Shown: positions 46,780 through 57,395, numbered from the stretch's first letter. The stretch: DNA of 59,732 bases from a virus (IMGVR_UViG_3300025813_000004:1-59732); one strand, 5' to 3'. A program made the numbers and translations. Notes: generated from the sequence alone by a model not told the origin.

Positions 46780-48222
46780 CTATACTATAATCCTATACTT
46801 TAACTCTTGTCCTTTTTTCTTATATACTACCACAGTTATACCATATTCGCATAGTAATTTATTCCTTTTTTTTGTTGTATTTGCTGCAAGCACATCGGCT
46901 AATTCAATTTTTACTTTTCTATTTAAACTTTCTTGTGATATTTTTAGTTCACTAATTTGAGTTTCGATACTATTTATTTCATTAGTCAATTGTCTTAGCT
47001 TTTTTCTTGCTTTAACATTATCTATTAATCCTTCTAAAACCAAGTTTGTAATATTATCTTTATTCTTTTCCAATTCGATATATTTTTCTTTTAATTTATT
47101 TATTTTTTGATCGTTATTTGGACTATTATTTTCACTTGGCAAATACCCCGTTCCTTTAGCGATATTGACTATATATTCCCAAACGGCAGTTTCTAATTCA
47201 TCAACATGCACATAACCGGTATCCGGACATATTTTTAACTGTCTCTTTCCATAACAAACGTAATATTTTAATAATCGTGGTTTTCTATTGTAAGATATCG
47301 CAAGCATCCCATATCCGCAATACCCGCATTTTAGTAATCCTGTTAACATATATTCTCTTTGCTTGTTCCTTCTAGCAAATTCTATATTTTCAGAGAATTG
47401 TTTTTTTACTTTAATTTGGTCTTCCAACGTAACAATGGCTGGTACGGCAATTGGTATCCAATCTGATTTATCGTTTTTAGTAACTTCAACTTCACGTTGT
47501 CCAGTTTTACGCCAATTAGTTTTCATTTCATATAAAGTTCCTGAATAAGTTGTGTCTTTTAATATTGTGTGGATGTATTTAATTTTAAATGGTCTTCCAA
47601 ACTTGTTTAATATCTTTTTATCATTTAAATGCTTTGCTATTCTCTCTAGTCCCATTTTTTTATCAATACACATGGAATATATCTCTTTTACTATTTTCGA
47701 CTCATTAGGATTAATCTCGTAAACACCATCTATAATATCGTAACCGAGTTTAGGTTTGGGAGTTACTATTTTACCGGATAATGCTTTTTCCTTTTTGCCG
47801 TGCATTACTCGTTCACGGATTTTTGCTTTTTCAAAAGCCGCTACAGCACCACGAATACTAAAGAACAATTTTCCTTCTGGGCTTGATTCGTATTCGGCAG
47901 TAACAAATATTAATTTAGTCCCAGCTCGTTCAAATTCATCTGATAATAATAATGTGTTTGTTAAATTACGACTCAATCTGTCGGGGTCTAAGATTGATAT
48001 GTAACCAGTTATTTTTTTATTACGGATATCTTGACGCAACTTATCTAACGCTGGACGGTCTAGAAACTCACCAGAATAGCCGTCATCGACATATTCTATT
48101 ACGTCCTTAGTGTTTATACCTAAAGATGATAATTTTTGCTTGTTGGCTCGTATTTGATTTGCTAACGAGTAACCAGACTTGGCTTGTTCTTCTGTCGAAA
48201 CTCTTGTGTAAATTGCATGCAT
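46780..48222 (-). CDS. Large serine recombinase (phage integrase)
   Basis: AIYTRVSTEEQ, DDGYSG, DRLSR, recombinase domain, LTGLLKCGYCG zinc ribbon, coiled coil. Confidence 0.95.
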   Translation of the reverse strand: MHAIYTRVSTEEQAKSGYSLANQIRANKQKLSSLGINTKDVIEYVDDGYSGEFLDRPALDKLRQDIRNKKITGYISILDPDRLSRNLTNTLLLSDEFERAGTKLIFVTAEYESSPEGKLFFSIRGAVAAFEKAKIRERVMHGKKEKALSGKIVTPKPKLGYDIIDGVYEINPNESKIVKEIYSMCIDKKMGLERIAKHLNDKKILNKFGRPFKIKYIHTILKDTTYSGTLYEMKTNWRKTGQREVEVTKNDKSDWIPIAVPAIVTLEDQIKVKKQFSENIEFARRNKQREYMLTGLLKCGYCGYGMLAISYNRKPRLLKYYVCYGKRQLKICPDTGYVHVDELETAVWEYIVNIAKGTGYLPSENNSPNNDQKINKLKEKYIELEKNKDNITNLVLEGLIDNVKARKKLRQLTNEINSIETQISELKISQESLNRKVKIELADVLAANTTKKRNKLLCEYGITVVVYKKKGQELKYRIIV

Positions 48223-48248
48223 ATTATTATTCCTTTCTAAATAAAATA

Positions 48249-48698
48249 TTAATTATATATATTTTTAATTCTTTTTTTATCAATTGTTTTTATTTTACCA
48301 TCCATATATTCGATTTTAAAATCAACTAATTCATGATTTTCTGGTGATATTTTAATATAATAATTTTTAACAAATTCATTTGAATTATCTTGCCAAATAC
48401 CGCTAAAATCTAACCATATTGCATTACTATCATTATTTGTATATAAATTTATTTTGCTTACAATTGAGTAAATATTTTCTTCTTTTGTGTTTTTATCATT
48501 TATTTTTAAAATTTCTCCCATTCCACGATTAGTTAATATTGTCAAAACAAATGATGTTGTAACAATTAAAAATCCTAATATGGTTAATTCCATAAGTTTA
48601 GATTGTAATATGTTTATTTTCCCGCGTTTTATTAACCACATAATTATTGCAACTAATACAATTAATAACGATATTAATATAAATAAAATATTATACAT
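48249..48698 (-). CDS. Membrane protein in lysogeny module (possible superinfection exclusion)
   Basis: Two TM segments; between integrase and repressor. Confidence 0.6.
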   Translation of the reverse strand: MYNILFILISLLIVLVAIIMWLIKRGKINILQSKLMELTILGFLIVTTSFVLTILTNRGMGEILKINDKNTKEENIYSIVSKINLYTNNDSNAIWLDFSGIWQDNSNEFVKNYYIKISPENHELVDFKIEYMDGKIKTIDKKRIKNIYN

Positions 48699-48780
48699 TT
48701 AAATATCTCCTAAATAAAATTTATTGTCGAACTTTACACGGTTTTGCTTGTTGAAACTTAATTTTGTTATGATATACTAA

Positions 48781-48812
48781 AGACAAGTTAATCATAAGAC
48801 AAGTTAATCATA
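48781..48812. repeat. 16-bp tandem direct repeat AGACAAGTTAATCATA x2
   Basis: Exact; immediately after TTGAAA-N16-TATACT promoter-like sequence. Confidence 0.9.
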
Positions 48813-48844
48813 ATTTGATAAAAAAATGATTGGAGATGCTTATT

Positions 48845-48970
48845 TTGATTAAATACATACTTATTGATTCTGGTGGCGAAATTTTTTGGTGCGATTTAGG
48901 TGGTAACGTATATGTTGTTGATTGTAAATATTTGGAATTGTTTAAAAATATTATTACAAAAAACATTTAA
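48845..48970 (+). CDS. 41-aa hypothetical protein
   Basis: GGAG RBS, TTG start, own promoter-like sequence and terminator (48984-49014). Confidence 0.45.
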   Translation: MIKYILIDSGGEIFWCDLGGNVYVVDCKYLELFKNIITKNI

Positions 48971-49002
48971 ATTAAAATTAATAAAAAGGATAGCAAAATT
49001 AG

Positions 49003-49356
49003 CTATCCTTTTTTATTTTGCTCTGTAAATATATCAATTAATTGTTTTAATGTTTTTGATGATAATCCTTTTTCTTTTGCTTCTGCACTAATTAAAATAT
49101 ACGGGATATTGTCTGGGTTGGATATAACTTTCATTATTTGTTCAGTTTCATTATTTGGTTCAATAACAAAAGTTTTTCCTAATAAAGAATCAATTGACAC
49201 TTTAAAATAATCTGCTATTTTTTTAATACTATCAACTTTCGGAGAACTTTTATGCCATTTATATATAGCCCCTCTACTAAACCCTAATTTAGATTCTAAT
49301 GCTGAAAGTGGCATTTTTCTTTCATCACATAGCTTTTGAATGCTTTCCACAATCAT
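49003..49356 (-). CDS. CI-like XRE-family repressor
   Basis: LSALESKLGFSRGAIYKW...IADYFKVSIDSLLG. Confidence 0.88.
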   Translation of the reverse strand: MIVESIQKLCDERKMPLSALESKLGFSRGAIYKWHKSSPKVDSIKKIADYFKVSIDSLLGKTFVIEPNNETEQIMKVISNPDNIPYILISAEAKEKGLSSKTLKQLIDIFTEQNKKG

Positions 49357-49411
49357 ATAAACAACTCCTTAAAATACGTAAAAACAATGCGTAAAACTTT
49401 CTAAAAATATA

Positions 49412-49440
49412 TTGACTTACATAAAACTTTCCGCTATACT
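49412..49440 (+). promoter_or_regulatory. Lytic early promoter with operator-like TAAAACTTTC repeats
   Basis: TTGACT-N17-TATACT; TAAAACTTTC at 49392 and 49422. Confidence 0.7.
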
Positions 49441-49630
49441 GATATCAACAGCTGAATTATTAAGCTAAAAGGCAACAAAAAACCAGAGGTTTTAATAAAC
49501 CTTTTAAAAAATCGCTGGGGAGCGGTAGAAAAATTTCTGTTGTTTGCGTATTAAATATTATCATATTTGATACTAATTGTAAATGGTTTAAGCTGAGATA
49601 TTAAACTAATTTTTTGAAAGGAGATAAATT

Positions 49631-49813
49631 ATGGCAAAGTACACGCCTTTTGGATTGAAAGTAAAAATAGCAATGGTTGAACAAGACACAACTATTCCAA
49701 AACTAGCAAAGCAAATCGGCATATCGACGCAATACCTTGACGATATTCTGAAAGGCAATAGACTTGGTGAAAAGTATATTAACACAATTGCAAAAATAAT
49801 GAAAATTAATTAA
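49631..49813 (+). CDS. Cro-like HTH regulator
   Basis: LAKQIGISTQYLDDILKGNR; divergent from CI. Confidence 0.85.
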   Translation: MAKYTPFGLKVKIAMVEQDTTIPKLAKQIGISTQYLDDILKGNRLGEKYINTIAKIMKIN

Positions 49814-49829
49814 GAAAGGAGAATAAGTA

Positions 49830-50141
49830 GTGAAATATCAGATATTGATAACTTACTACAATAAAATAGCTGAAATTCTAAAAGATAGACTTCCTTTTAT
49901 ACCAGCACTTCAACTAAGCAATGCAAAAACATACTACGGTAGCTACTGGAAGAAAGGTGATAGATCATCAATAACGTTATCTACTAAAACTTGTTACCCT
50001 GTAGATCATGACGAATTGGTAGATACAGTATGTCATGAGTTAGCACACGCTATTTTTTGTAATCATGGTAAGTCTCACACTACAACAACAGAGCATTTTG
50101 TAAATATTGTAAATGAAAATTTAAAAGGAACGATTATATGA
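49830..50141 (+). CDS. SprT/ImmA-like zinc metalloprotease
   Basis: DTVCHELAH...NHG motif. Confidence 0.7.
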   Translation: MKYQILITYYNKIAEILKDRLPFIPALQLSNAKTYYGSYWKKGDRSSITLSTKTCYPVDHDELVDTVCHELAHAIFCNHGKSHTTTTEHFVNIVNENLKGTII

Positions 50142-50887
50142 ACGGCTTAATCAATATTCAAAACGGGCAAGCGGTAACAACTAGCAGACAGGTAGCAGAC
50201 AGTTTCGGGAAATTACACAAGGATGTGTTGGTAAGTACAAGATCAATAATTGGCTCGGCGGGAAATTCCGCTCAGTGGTTTTTTGAATCAACATATAAAG
50301 ATTCTACTGGAAGAAGTTTACCTGAGTTTATTATGAATCGCGACGGTTTCACACTCCTAGCAATGGGGTTCACTGGTTCAGAAGCAATGCAATGGAAAAT
50401 TAAATATATTCAAGCATTCAACGAGATGGAAAAACAGATCAATAAACCACTACCGCAAATGTCGCAACTTGAAATTTTAGCACAAATCGCAAGATCGGCC
50501 GCAGATCAAGAAAAGAAAATGCTTCAACTAGAACAGACACAAATTAAGCAAACAGAAACATTGCAAAGTATGCGTGATGTAGTTGCACTTAGTAGTACGA
50601 GCTGGCGCGGTGATTCTTCAATGCTAATTAGCAAAATGGCTAGAGTGTTAGGCGGCAATGAGCACATTCAAGATTTACGCAATGAAAGTTATAAACTATT
50701 AAATGATCGTATGGGCGTAGATTTAAAATGTCGTTTGACCAATAAGCGTAGACGTATGGCAGATGAAGGAATTTGCAAATCTAAAAGGGATAATCTTAAT
50801 CACTTAGATGTTATTGCTGACGACAAGAAACTAATTGAGGGCTATGTAGCTATCGTTAAAGAAATGGCTATTAAATACGGGATATAA
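50138..50887 (+). CDS. Rha-family regulator/antirepressor
   Basis: VTTSRQVADSFGKLHKDVL, MNRDGFTLLAMGFTG..A..WKIKYIQAFNEME. Confidence 0.92.
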   Translation: MNGLINIQNGQAVTTSRQVADSFGKLHKDVLVSTRSIIGSAGNSAQWFFESTYKDSTGRSLPEFIMNRDGFTLLAMGFTGSEAMQWKIKYIQAFNEMEKQINKPLPQMSQLEILAQIARSAADQEKKMLQLEQTQIKQTETLQSMRDVVALSSTSWRGDSSMLISKMARVLGGNEHIQDLRNESYKLLNDRMGVDLKCRLTNKRRRMADEGICKSKRDNLNHLDVIADDKKLIEGYVAIVKEMAIKYGI

Positions 50888-51247
50888 ACGTATCAGACAA
50901 TCCCATATTCTCATAAATTATTTTAGGATGGTGATTGTAAATGAAACAAAGAAAAAAGCCACAATGTATAGGAATAAATTTTAATGGTGTCGAGTACCCA
51001 ATCAAAACCGGAATTGAAGATTTACCAGAAGACATAAGAAAACAAATGGCTCAAAAACTTCTAAAGTGTCAATTAAAAATTAACCAAATGGATATTTGAA
51101 AATTTAAAATCAGAGGACAAATCGGGGTGTTAATCATGATACCCAAAATACAGCCAATCACAAGAATTCAGGATAAAAAGCAATATAAAAATAGAAAGCA
51201 ATCTGAGTTTGAAAAAATTTTAGAAACTGAGAAAAGGAAGTGTAATT

Positions 51248-51901
51248 ATGGACAATCAAAGATTACAAGAAATAATTAAATCTCATGGTAGATGGTTAAC
51301 AGATAGTAATAATGGTAGTCGTGCTGACTTGTGTGGTGCTGACTTGTGTGGTGCTAACTTGTGTGGTGCTGACTTGTATGGTGCTAACTTGTGTGATGCT
51401 AACTTGTGTGGTGCTAACTTGTGTGATACTAACTTGTGTCGTGCTGGCTTGTATGGTGCTAACTTGCGTGATACTAACTTGTGTCGTGCTGACTTGTATG
51501 ATACTAACTTGTGCCGTGCTGACTTGTATGGTGCTAACTTGTGTGATGCTGACTTGTGTGATGCTAACTTGTATGGTGCTAACTTGTGTGATGCTAACTT
51601 GTATGGTGCTAACTTGTGTGATGCTGACTTGTGTGGTGCTAACTTGCGTGGTGCTAACTTGCCAAATAAAATAATTCAAGTTGGCCCGATTGGTAGTCGC
51701 AAATCATACACAATTTACAATGTTGATAATAACGTAGTGCAATGCGGTTGTTGGAATGATTGGAAAGGCGGAAGTTTGGAAGATTTTATTAAGCGCATTG
51801 ATAATGTTTATAAACCAGATACGGTATATGGAAAAGAATACAGGGCGGCAATTGAGCTATTTAAAGCAATGCGTGCAATGCAAAACGAGATTAAATCATG
51901 A
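51248..51901 (+). CDS. Pentapeptide repeat protein
   Basis: About 23 A[D/N]Lxx repeats followed by QVGPIGSR...VQCGCW domain. Confidence 0.92.
   Translation: MDNQRLQEIIKSHGRWLTDSNNGSRADLCGADLCGANLCGADLYGANLCDANLCGANLCDTNLCRAGLYGANLRDTNLCRADLYDTNLCRADLYGANLCDADLCDANLYGANLCDANLYGANLCDADLCGANLRGANLPNKIIQVGPIGSRKSYTIYNVDNNVVQCGCWNDWKGGSLEDFIKRIDNVYKPDTVYGKEYRAAIELFKAMRAMQNEIKS
51320..51661 (+). repeat. 15-bp coding tandem repeat (GCT[A/G]ACTTGT[G/A]TG[G/A]T)
   Basis: Directly visible. Confidence 0.95.
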
Positions 51902-52086
51902 AACAAATTGACAGAATCAAAAGCATGACTACTAGTGAAATGGCTGAATATTTAGATAATATTAGCGGTGAATTTAGAAATTGTAAACTTTGTATCGCTA
52001 AAACATATTGCATTAATAGCACTCTCAGTTACAACCTATGCAAACAAACAATCGAGGATTACTTAGAAAGCGAGGTAACACAATGA
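51898..52086 (+). CDS. hypothetical protein
   Basis: DRIKSMTTSEMAEYL...C..C...YLESEV, a common phage small protein. Confidence 0.7.
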   Translation: MKQIDRIKSMTTSEMAEYLDNISGEFRNCKLCIAKTYCINSTLSYNLCKQTIEDYLESEVTQ

Positions 52087-52724
52087 AATGTTGTAAAAAA
52101 ACAGCGGTTGTCGAAGCATATCGTTTCACCAAGGCAACATTTAACCGTGAAAGCTATCCATTATGGTTAAAAGAATCTATGGAAGGAGATTGGGAAAACG
52201 CCAAAGTGAAATTATGGTCACAATATGGCGGCAAGATTATCGCTGGGGAAATAAACACATCTGATGGCGAAATTGAATTTGCTGAAGGCGATTACATCGT
52301 TCGAGAAATAAGTGGAGAAATCTACTCATATGAACCAGATATATTCCATGAAATTTATGATGAAGTTCTAGTATATGAATCAAACAAACAGCACGCAAAC
52401 CAAATAATGTCACTTTTAAAAACTGTACTATATATCATCTTAGGACTAGCGATTATACTTACACTTGCTGGCTTTAATACAATCCCTGCCGATGACAGTA
52501 AAAATTACGAACTTAAAACCGAAACTTACATAGTCCAACGCGGTGATATCCTTGACGAAATAACAGATAAATACATGTTAAAAAATACATATGATGAGCG
52601 CGGTCATGATGAATTTAAACAGGGTATTAAAGAGCTGAACATGGACAATTACCCGTACATTCGATATGGAGAGATTAAAGCAGGAGATAGGCTACAAATT
52701 CACTATTGGATTAGAAAGGACTGA
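52083..52724 (+). CDS. Multi-domain protein: conserved phage domain + TM + LysM-like domain
   Basis: AEGDYIVRE..GEIYSYEPDIF..YD; TM; YIVQRGDIL...IKAGDRLQI. Confidence 0.65.
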   Translation: MKCCKKTAVVEAYRFTKATFNRESYPLWLKESMEGDWENAKVKLWSQYGGKIIAGEINTSDGEIEFAEGDYIVREISGEIYSYEPDIFHEIYDEVLVYESNKQHANQIMSLLKTVLYIILGLAIILTLAGFNTIPADDSKNYELKTETYIVQRGDILDEITDKYMLKNTYDERGHDEFKQGIKELNMDNYPYIRYGEIKAGDRLQIHYWIRKD

Positions 52725-52729
52725 TTAAA

Positions 52730-53125
52730 ATGTTAGCGTCGTTAAACAGATATCTTACAACTAAAAAATCAAGACTACCAGCAAATTGTTTTGGAGTTAC
52801 TAAAGTAAGCAACCTTAAAAAATATTTAACATTAAAAGATTTACGCATATCGAAAGGGTTTAAAACATCTATATCATTTTCTGATGCTTGCGGGATAAAT
52901 GTATCCACATACAGCCAAATAGAAACAGGAGTACATACACCTAACCTAATGCATAAAAAAGCGATTGCAGAAGTTTTAGACATGGATATAGAAGATGTAT
53001 TTCCGACAAAGCAAGAACCAAAAATTAATTTAGTTGTAATTCATGAACATCCTGACAAATTAGAAGCAATGTTACAGAGTCGATACGGCGATAAATTAAT
53101 GCCAAGAAAGGCGGTAACGCAATGA
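52730..53125 (+). CDS. XRE-family HTH protein
   Basis: LKDLRISKG...GINVSTYSQIETG...IAEVL...EDVF. Confidence 0.8.
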   Translation: MLASLNRYLTTKKSRLPANCFGVTKVSNLKKYLTLKDLRISKGFKTSISFSDACGINVSTYSQIETGVHTPNLMHKKAIAEVLDMDIEDVFPTKQEPKINLVVIHEHPDKLEAMLQSRYGDKLMPRKAVTQ

Positions 53126-53316
53126 TTACATATAGTAAACCATCTAAATGTGATGTATGTATATGTGGAAACGGACCTATTATAATTGTTGATTTTACCG
53201 ACAGTTACGCACCAATTCCACTTTGCAAAAGATGTATTAATTCTTTACACATCGACTTGGATATTTTAGAAGAGCCAAACGGAATTGATGTTTTACTGAC
53301 TAAGGAAGTGAAATAA
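53122..53316 (+). CDS. small zinc-binding protein
   Basis: CDVC...LCKRC. Confidence 0.55.
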   Translation: MITYSKPSKCDVCICGNGPIIIVDFTDSYAPIPLCKRCINSLHIDLDILEEPNGIDVLLTKEVK

Positions 53317-53546
53317 AATGCCACGCGCTAAATGGTGTGCTAGATGTGGGCGTACTGATACTGAACTTATACAAGTAATGTCAACAAGTAGAAGAGAAGC
53401 GTTGCTGATGTGCCGTGATGATCGCTTATGTTATCCGCTAAAAGACATAAAAATAACCAGCTCTGCAAAAGCTGGAATTCAAAAATTATAAAAACAAATT
53501 ATAGACAGTTTACCAAGTAAATTATAAAAAGTCAAGGAGGTAAGAT

Positions 53547-53900
53547 ATGAAACCTTGGACTAACCAACAACTCCAAATATTGCATAATAATGCAGGAAAA
53601 ATAAAAACAGATGAACTTGCAAAAATGATAGGCAGAAGTACTGCATCTGTTCAGCAACGCGCTTGCAGAGAAGGAATAAGTTTAAAGGCTAGCTTTGAAC
53701 GTAAAAAAAGAAAAATAATCGTTGCAAGTGGTTGTAGCTACGAAAAAGCATTACCGTACGAGCAATGGGACAAAGCACAGGCATTATTATGCATGATGGG
53801 TAAATTAAAGCGTTCTATACCTAATAACATTAATCCTGTTTTGGATATGGAACAACTAAGAGAAGCATTTGCTATAAGGGAGGTAATTGTAAATTGTTAG
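53547..53900 (+). CDS. HTH/Myb-like DNA-binding protein
   Basis: WTNQQLQIL...ELAKMIGRSTASVQQRA. Confidence 0.7.
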   Translation: MKPWTNQQLQILHNNAGKIKTDELAKMIGRSTASVQQRACREGISLKASFERKKRKIIVASGCSYEKALPYEQWDKAQALLCMMGKLKRSIPNNINPVLDMEQLREAFAIREVIVNC

Positions 53901-54469
53901 CTTTATTTAAACATGCAAAGAATTTTGTTAGTAAGGATATGTCAAGACCAGTATTTAATTGTATATATTTTGACGGCAAACGTGCAATTGTATCAAATAC
54001 TCATGTGATGGTAATCGTTAATGACTTACCATTTAGAAAGCAACTTATTCATTACAAAACTGGCGAAGTTGTAGAGGGGATGTTTCCTAATGTTGATAAG
54101 GTTATTCCTTTGGAAACATCAACCAATATTGAAATAAATGATTTAAAAGCGTGGTTTGATGCGGTTAAAGCTATGCGCGCAGTTATCGGTAAAAGATATG
54201 ATTGTGATGTAGTTAATCTTGTTGGTAATGAATTGTCCGTGAATAGCGAAAGCATAAAATTAACGGCTATCTTACCAGTAGTAAAAATTGACCAAGTAAA
54301 TTCGAAAATTAGTTTTTCGGCAAAATATTTGCATGATATTTTAGCATTTCTAATCGATGCCGGAGTACAAAATATTGTCATTGGTATTAATGAGCCTACA
54401 GCACCTATGAAAATTACGACTGATAAAAATATAATTGCACTCTTAACACCAATAAGGACAAGCCGATGA
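53894..54469 (+). CDS. DNA polymerase III beta-clamp-like protein (partial fold)
   Basis: SRPVFNCIYF...SNTH, GMFPNVDKVIP, FSAKYL.D.L, ALLTPIR. Confidence 0.7.
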   Translation: MLALFKHAKNFVSKDMSRPVFNCIYFDGKRAIVSNTHVMVIVNDLPFRKQLIHYKTGEVVEGMFPNVDKVIPLETSTNIEINDLKAWFDAVKAMRAVIGKRYDCDVVNLVGNELSVNSESIKLTAILPVVKIDQVNSKISFSAKYLHDILAFLIDAGVQNIVIGINEPTAPMKITTDKNIIALLTPIRTSR

Positions 54470-54649
54470 AAACGGTTATTGACTATCAAAAATTATTAGA
54501 TGCATCAATTGAATTAGTACAGCACAAAGATAGTTTTGAGCTAATAGAAGCAATAAAAAAAATAGCAAAAATCATCGGTATGGATGGCGATTATTACGAC
54601 AAGGGACAAAAACCGCAAGTTAGATAAAAAATAGGACGGTGATAAATAT

Positions 54650-55666
54650 ATGGATATTATGTTAATAAAGACAGACAAATGTTGTTTTGTTAGTGATTGC
54701 TACGCTAAAAAAGAAAATAGTTATGACTATAAATATCATAATAGCGTGATTCCTAAATTGCTTTTTGATAACAAAGAACCTGAAAAGACATGGGATGATA
54801 AATGGTATAAAATTCCTAAATTTCCCGAGAAGATAGAAAAAGAATTAAAAGGGGAAAAACACAACATAAGATATGAAATTAAAGACAAAGACAATATAAC
54901 TAAAAAATTCCCCGAAGTAATAAATTATAACGATAGTAAAAATTACAGTGATGATATATTAGATAATTTATACAACTATACTTATGATGAAAAACCAAAT
55001 TATAAAGTTGATGCCGATGTAACTATTCAAACTTTGTGCGAAATAGATAATTTTATTGATTTTTGTGATTTTAATTTTAAAGCTATTGGTAAGTTTGGAT
55101 GGGATGAAAAGCAATACAGTATTACACACGCTAACATAAAACATCAAATGATTGACAGGATTATATTGCCGGATGTTTTGTTAGTAAATAAACCTTGTAG
55201 CCTATCATCTAAGCAAATGTACGACATAACCCGTCAGTATGTACGCGAACACATCAATAGTGATTTTGCAAGGATAACAAGTGATTATGATTTTTGTTTT
55301 ACTGTAGAAAAAGTTATTCCATTATTAGAACCAAAACCAATTTCTTATCAACAAATATTTGCAAAAACAAAAAAAGAAAGAAACAAAATACATTATAGAA
55401 CTGCAAAAACAAAAAAAGAAACAATATTTGAAATGACTGACGATCAATCAAGACATCAAGGATACACTGCAATAAATGGAATGTTTGCTAGTTCTGAATA
55501 CGAACTGAAAGAAAAAGTATACACATGGCTTACAGGATTGATTAATCTAATAAACAAACCATTACGGCAATGCGAACATTGTAATGGTTCAGGATATATT
55601 GACGAAGCGGAAAGAGTTAACAAAAACAATATGATCGATAAAATAAATAATGCTGAAAATATTTAG
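54650..55666 (+). CDS. hypothetical protein
   Basis: 338-aa ORF; ARITSDYDFCFTVEK and C-terminal CEHCNGSG. Confidence 0.75.
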   Translation: MDIMLIKTDKCCFVSDCYAKKENSYDYKYHNSVIPKLLFDNKEPEKTWDDKWYKIPKFPEKIEKELKGEKHNIRYEIKDKDNITKKFPEVINYNDSKNYSDDILDNLYNYTYDEKPNYKVDADVTIQTLCEIDNFIDFCDFNFKAIGKFGWDEKQYSITHANIKHQMIDRIILPDVLLVNKPCSLSSKQMYDITRQYVREHINSDFARITSDYDFCFTVEKVIPLLEPKPISYQQIFAKTKKERNKIHYRTAKTKKETIFEMTDDQSRHQGYTAINGMFASSEYELKEKVYTWLTGLINLINKPLRQCEHCNGSGYIDEAERVNKNNMIDKINNAENI

Positions 55667-55677
55667 GAGGATAAATT

Positions 55678-57327
55678 ATGAAAATAAAATCAATTAAAAT
55701 TAGCAACTTTTTAGGGGTAGATGAATTTAATTATAATCCTAGTGGTTTGACTATTTTAGAAGGTGTGAAAGGTTCTGGCAAGTCAAGTATCTTAGAGGGT
55801 ATAGAAACTGCCATTAGCAATAATAAACGCCGTACAGAGGTTATTAGACACGGCTCTGACGAAGCTACATTGTTTATTGAAACGGATACAGGTTTAGAGA
55901 TTGATCGCCGATTGCGGAATAATAAGTCCGATTATCTTAAACTTCGACAACAAGGGCAAGGAGTTAAATCTACGGAATCTGAGTTACGTAAACTTATTAC
56001 TGGTGATATTTTTAGACCACTTGATTTTATCAATATGGACGCAAAAGAGCAAACAAAAATTATTCTTGGCATGATTAATATGGATTATTCAGATGAAGAA
56101 ATTAGTTCTTGGTTTAGCAATCATGTTGAAGTTTTAAGCGGTATTAACACGGACAAGCATTTATTGCAGGTGCTTAAAGATATCGAAATGACTAACTTTA
56201 AGCAACGTGAAGAAGTGAATCGCGAGATTAAGTTACTTGAAGGACAAGTAAAAGGGATTAAATCTGAACTACCAGCCAACTATGACGGTGAAGAATGGAA
56301 GGTATTCAAAGTGCAGGATTTTTACAATAAAGTTTCCGAAGCTCATAAAACCAATAATTACATTGATGAAGCCGAAAGATTGAATGCTGGTATTGCCGAG
56401 AAAATTGAGTCGATTGAAACGGCGGCCGAAAATAATAAATCTCAAATTAAAATTAAATTCACAGAGCAACGGCAAGACTTGAAAGATATTATTGAATTGT
56501 CAAAAGGAAAGATTATAACTGCTAACAATATTATCAATTCGGCGGCCGATAAATTAAATTTTGAATATGCCGAATTAGATAAACAGTTTGAACAGGAATT
56601 GGCTGAACTTAAATTAAAATACGAAAATTTGAAAAAGCACAAAAAACAAGTTATGGATAGCGATATTGATGCTCAAAAAGCTGTAATTGATGTTCAAAAA
56701 CAAAAAATAGCTGCTAAAGAGCAAGAAATTGTATCATTGGTAGGGCTTGAAAAACAAGAATTGAAAACCGAAGATACCGCTAAAGGATCCAATATTGAGA
56801 AAGAAAAGTTAAGAGTTGGCAAGGCTGCTGAATATCTAAAATCTCATGAAAAGATTGATACTGAACCATTGCAAACAGAAGCCGACAAAGTAGCCAACAT
56901 GCAGAGTTATTTACGTGAATGGGATAGAATGCTTGATATTCGTGACGGTAAACTTGCTACCAAGAAAGCCTATTCCGACAGTTTAACCAATATCATTACA
57001 ACCGCAAGAAACAAACCTGCTGAACTACTAAAACAGCATAAACTTCCGATTGATGGTATCAGCGTAGACGAAAACAGCATGATTCGTATTAATGGCGTGT
57101 TGCTTGACGGTCTATCTGATGGTGAAAAGTTAGAGTCTGCTTTTAAAATTGCATTACAGCGCATGGGTGAATTAAAGGTGATTTGTTTGGATGGATTTGA
57201 AAAACTAAACGAATCTGAGCAAAAGAAAATTATTAAACTTTGTGAAGATAACGACATTCAAGCGTTTGTAACTATTACTAAAGATACAGAAAACAATAAT
57301 TTTGAAGTTAAGGGGTGCTTAGAATAA
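55678..57327 (+). CDS. SMC/RecN-like AAA ATPase
   Basis: IKISNFLG, GVKGSGKSS, coiled coil, LSDGE signature, ICLDGFE. Confidence 0.88.
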   Translation: MKIKSIKISNFLGVDEFNYNPSGLTILEGVKGSGKSSILEGIETAISNNKRRTEVIRHGSDEATLFIETDTGLEIDRRLRNNKSDYLKLRQQGQGVKSTESELRKLITGDIFRPLDFINMDAKEQTKIILGMINMDYSDEEISSWFSNHVEVLSGINTDKHLLQVLKDIEMTNFKQREEVNREIKLLEGQVKGIKSELPANYDGEEWKVFKVQDFYNKVSEAHKTNNYIDEAERLNAGIAEKIESIETAAENNKSQIKIKFTEQRQDLKDIIELSKGKIITANNIINSAADKLNFEYAELDKQFEQELAELKLKYENLKKHKKQVMDSDIDAQKAVIDVQKQKIAAKEQEIVSLVGLEKQELKTEDTAKGSNIEKEKLRVGKAAEYLKSHEKIDTEPLQTEADKVANMQSYLREWDRMLDIRDGKLATKKAYSDSLTNIITTARNKPAELLKQHKLPIDGISVDENSMIRINGVLLDGLSDGEKLESAFKIALQRMGELKVICLDGFEKLNESEQKKIIKLCEDNDIQAFVTITKDTENNNFEVKGCLE

Positions 57328-57395
57328 TGCCAAATAATATACCTGCCGAAATAGTAAATAGTACGGATACTAATGTTTTAAAGGACGTGTAAATA

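Noticed and set aside
51296-51679. ORFs 51296-51679 (-) and 51312-51674 (+)
   Set aside because: Shadows of the 15-bp pentapeptide repeat; the 51248 frame has the recognisable protein.
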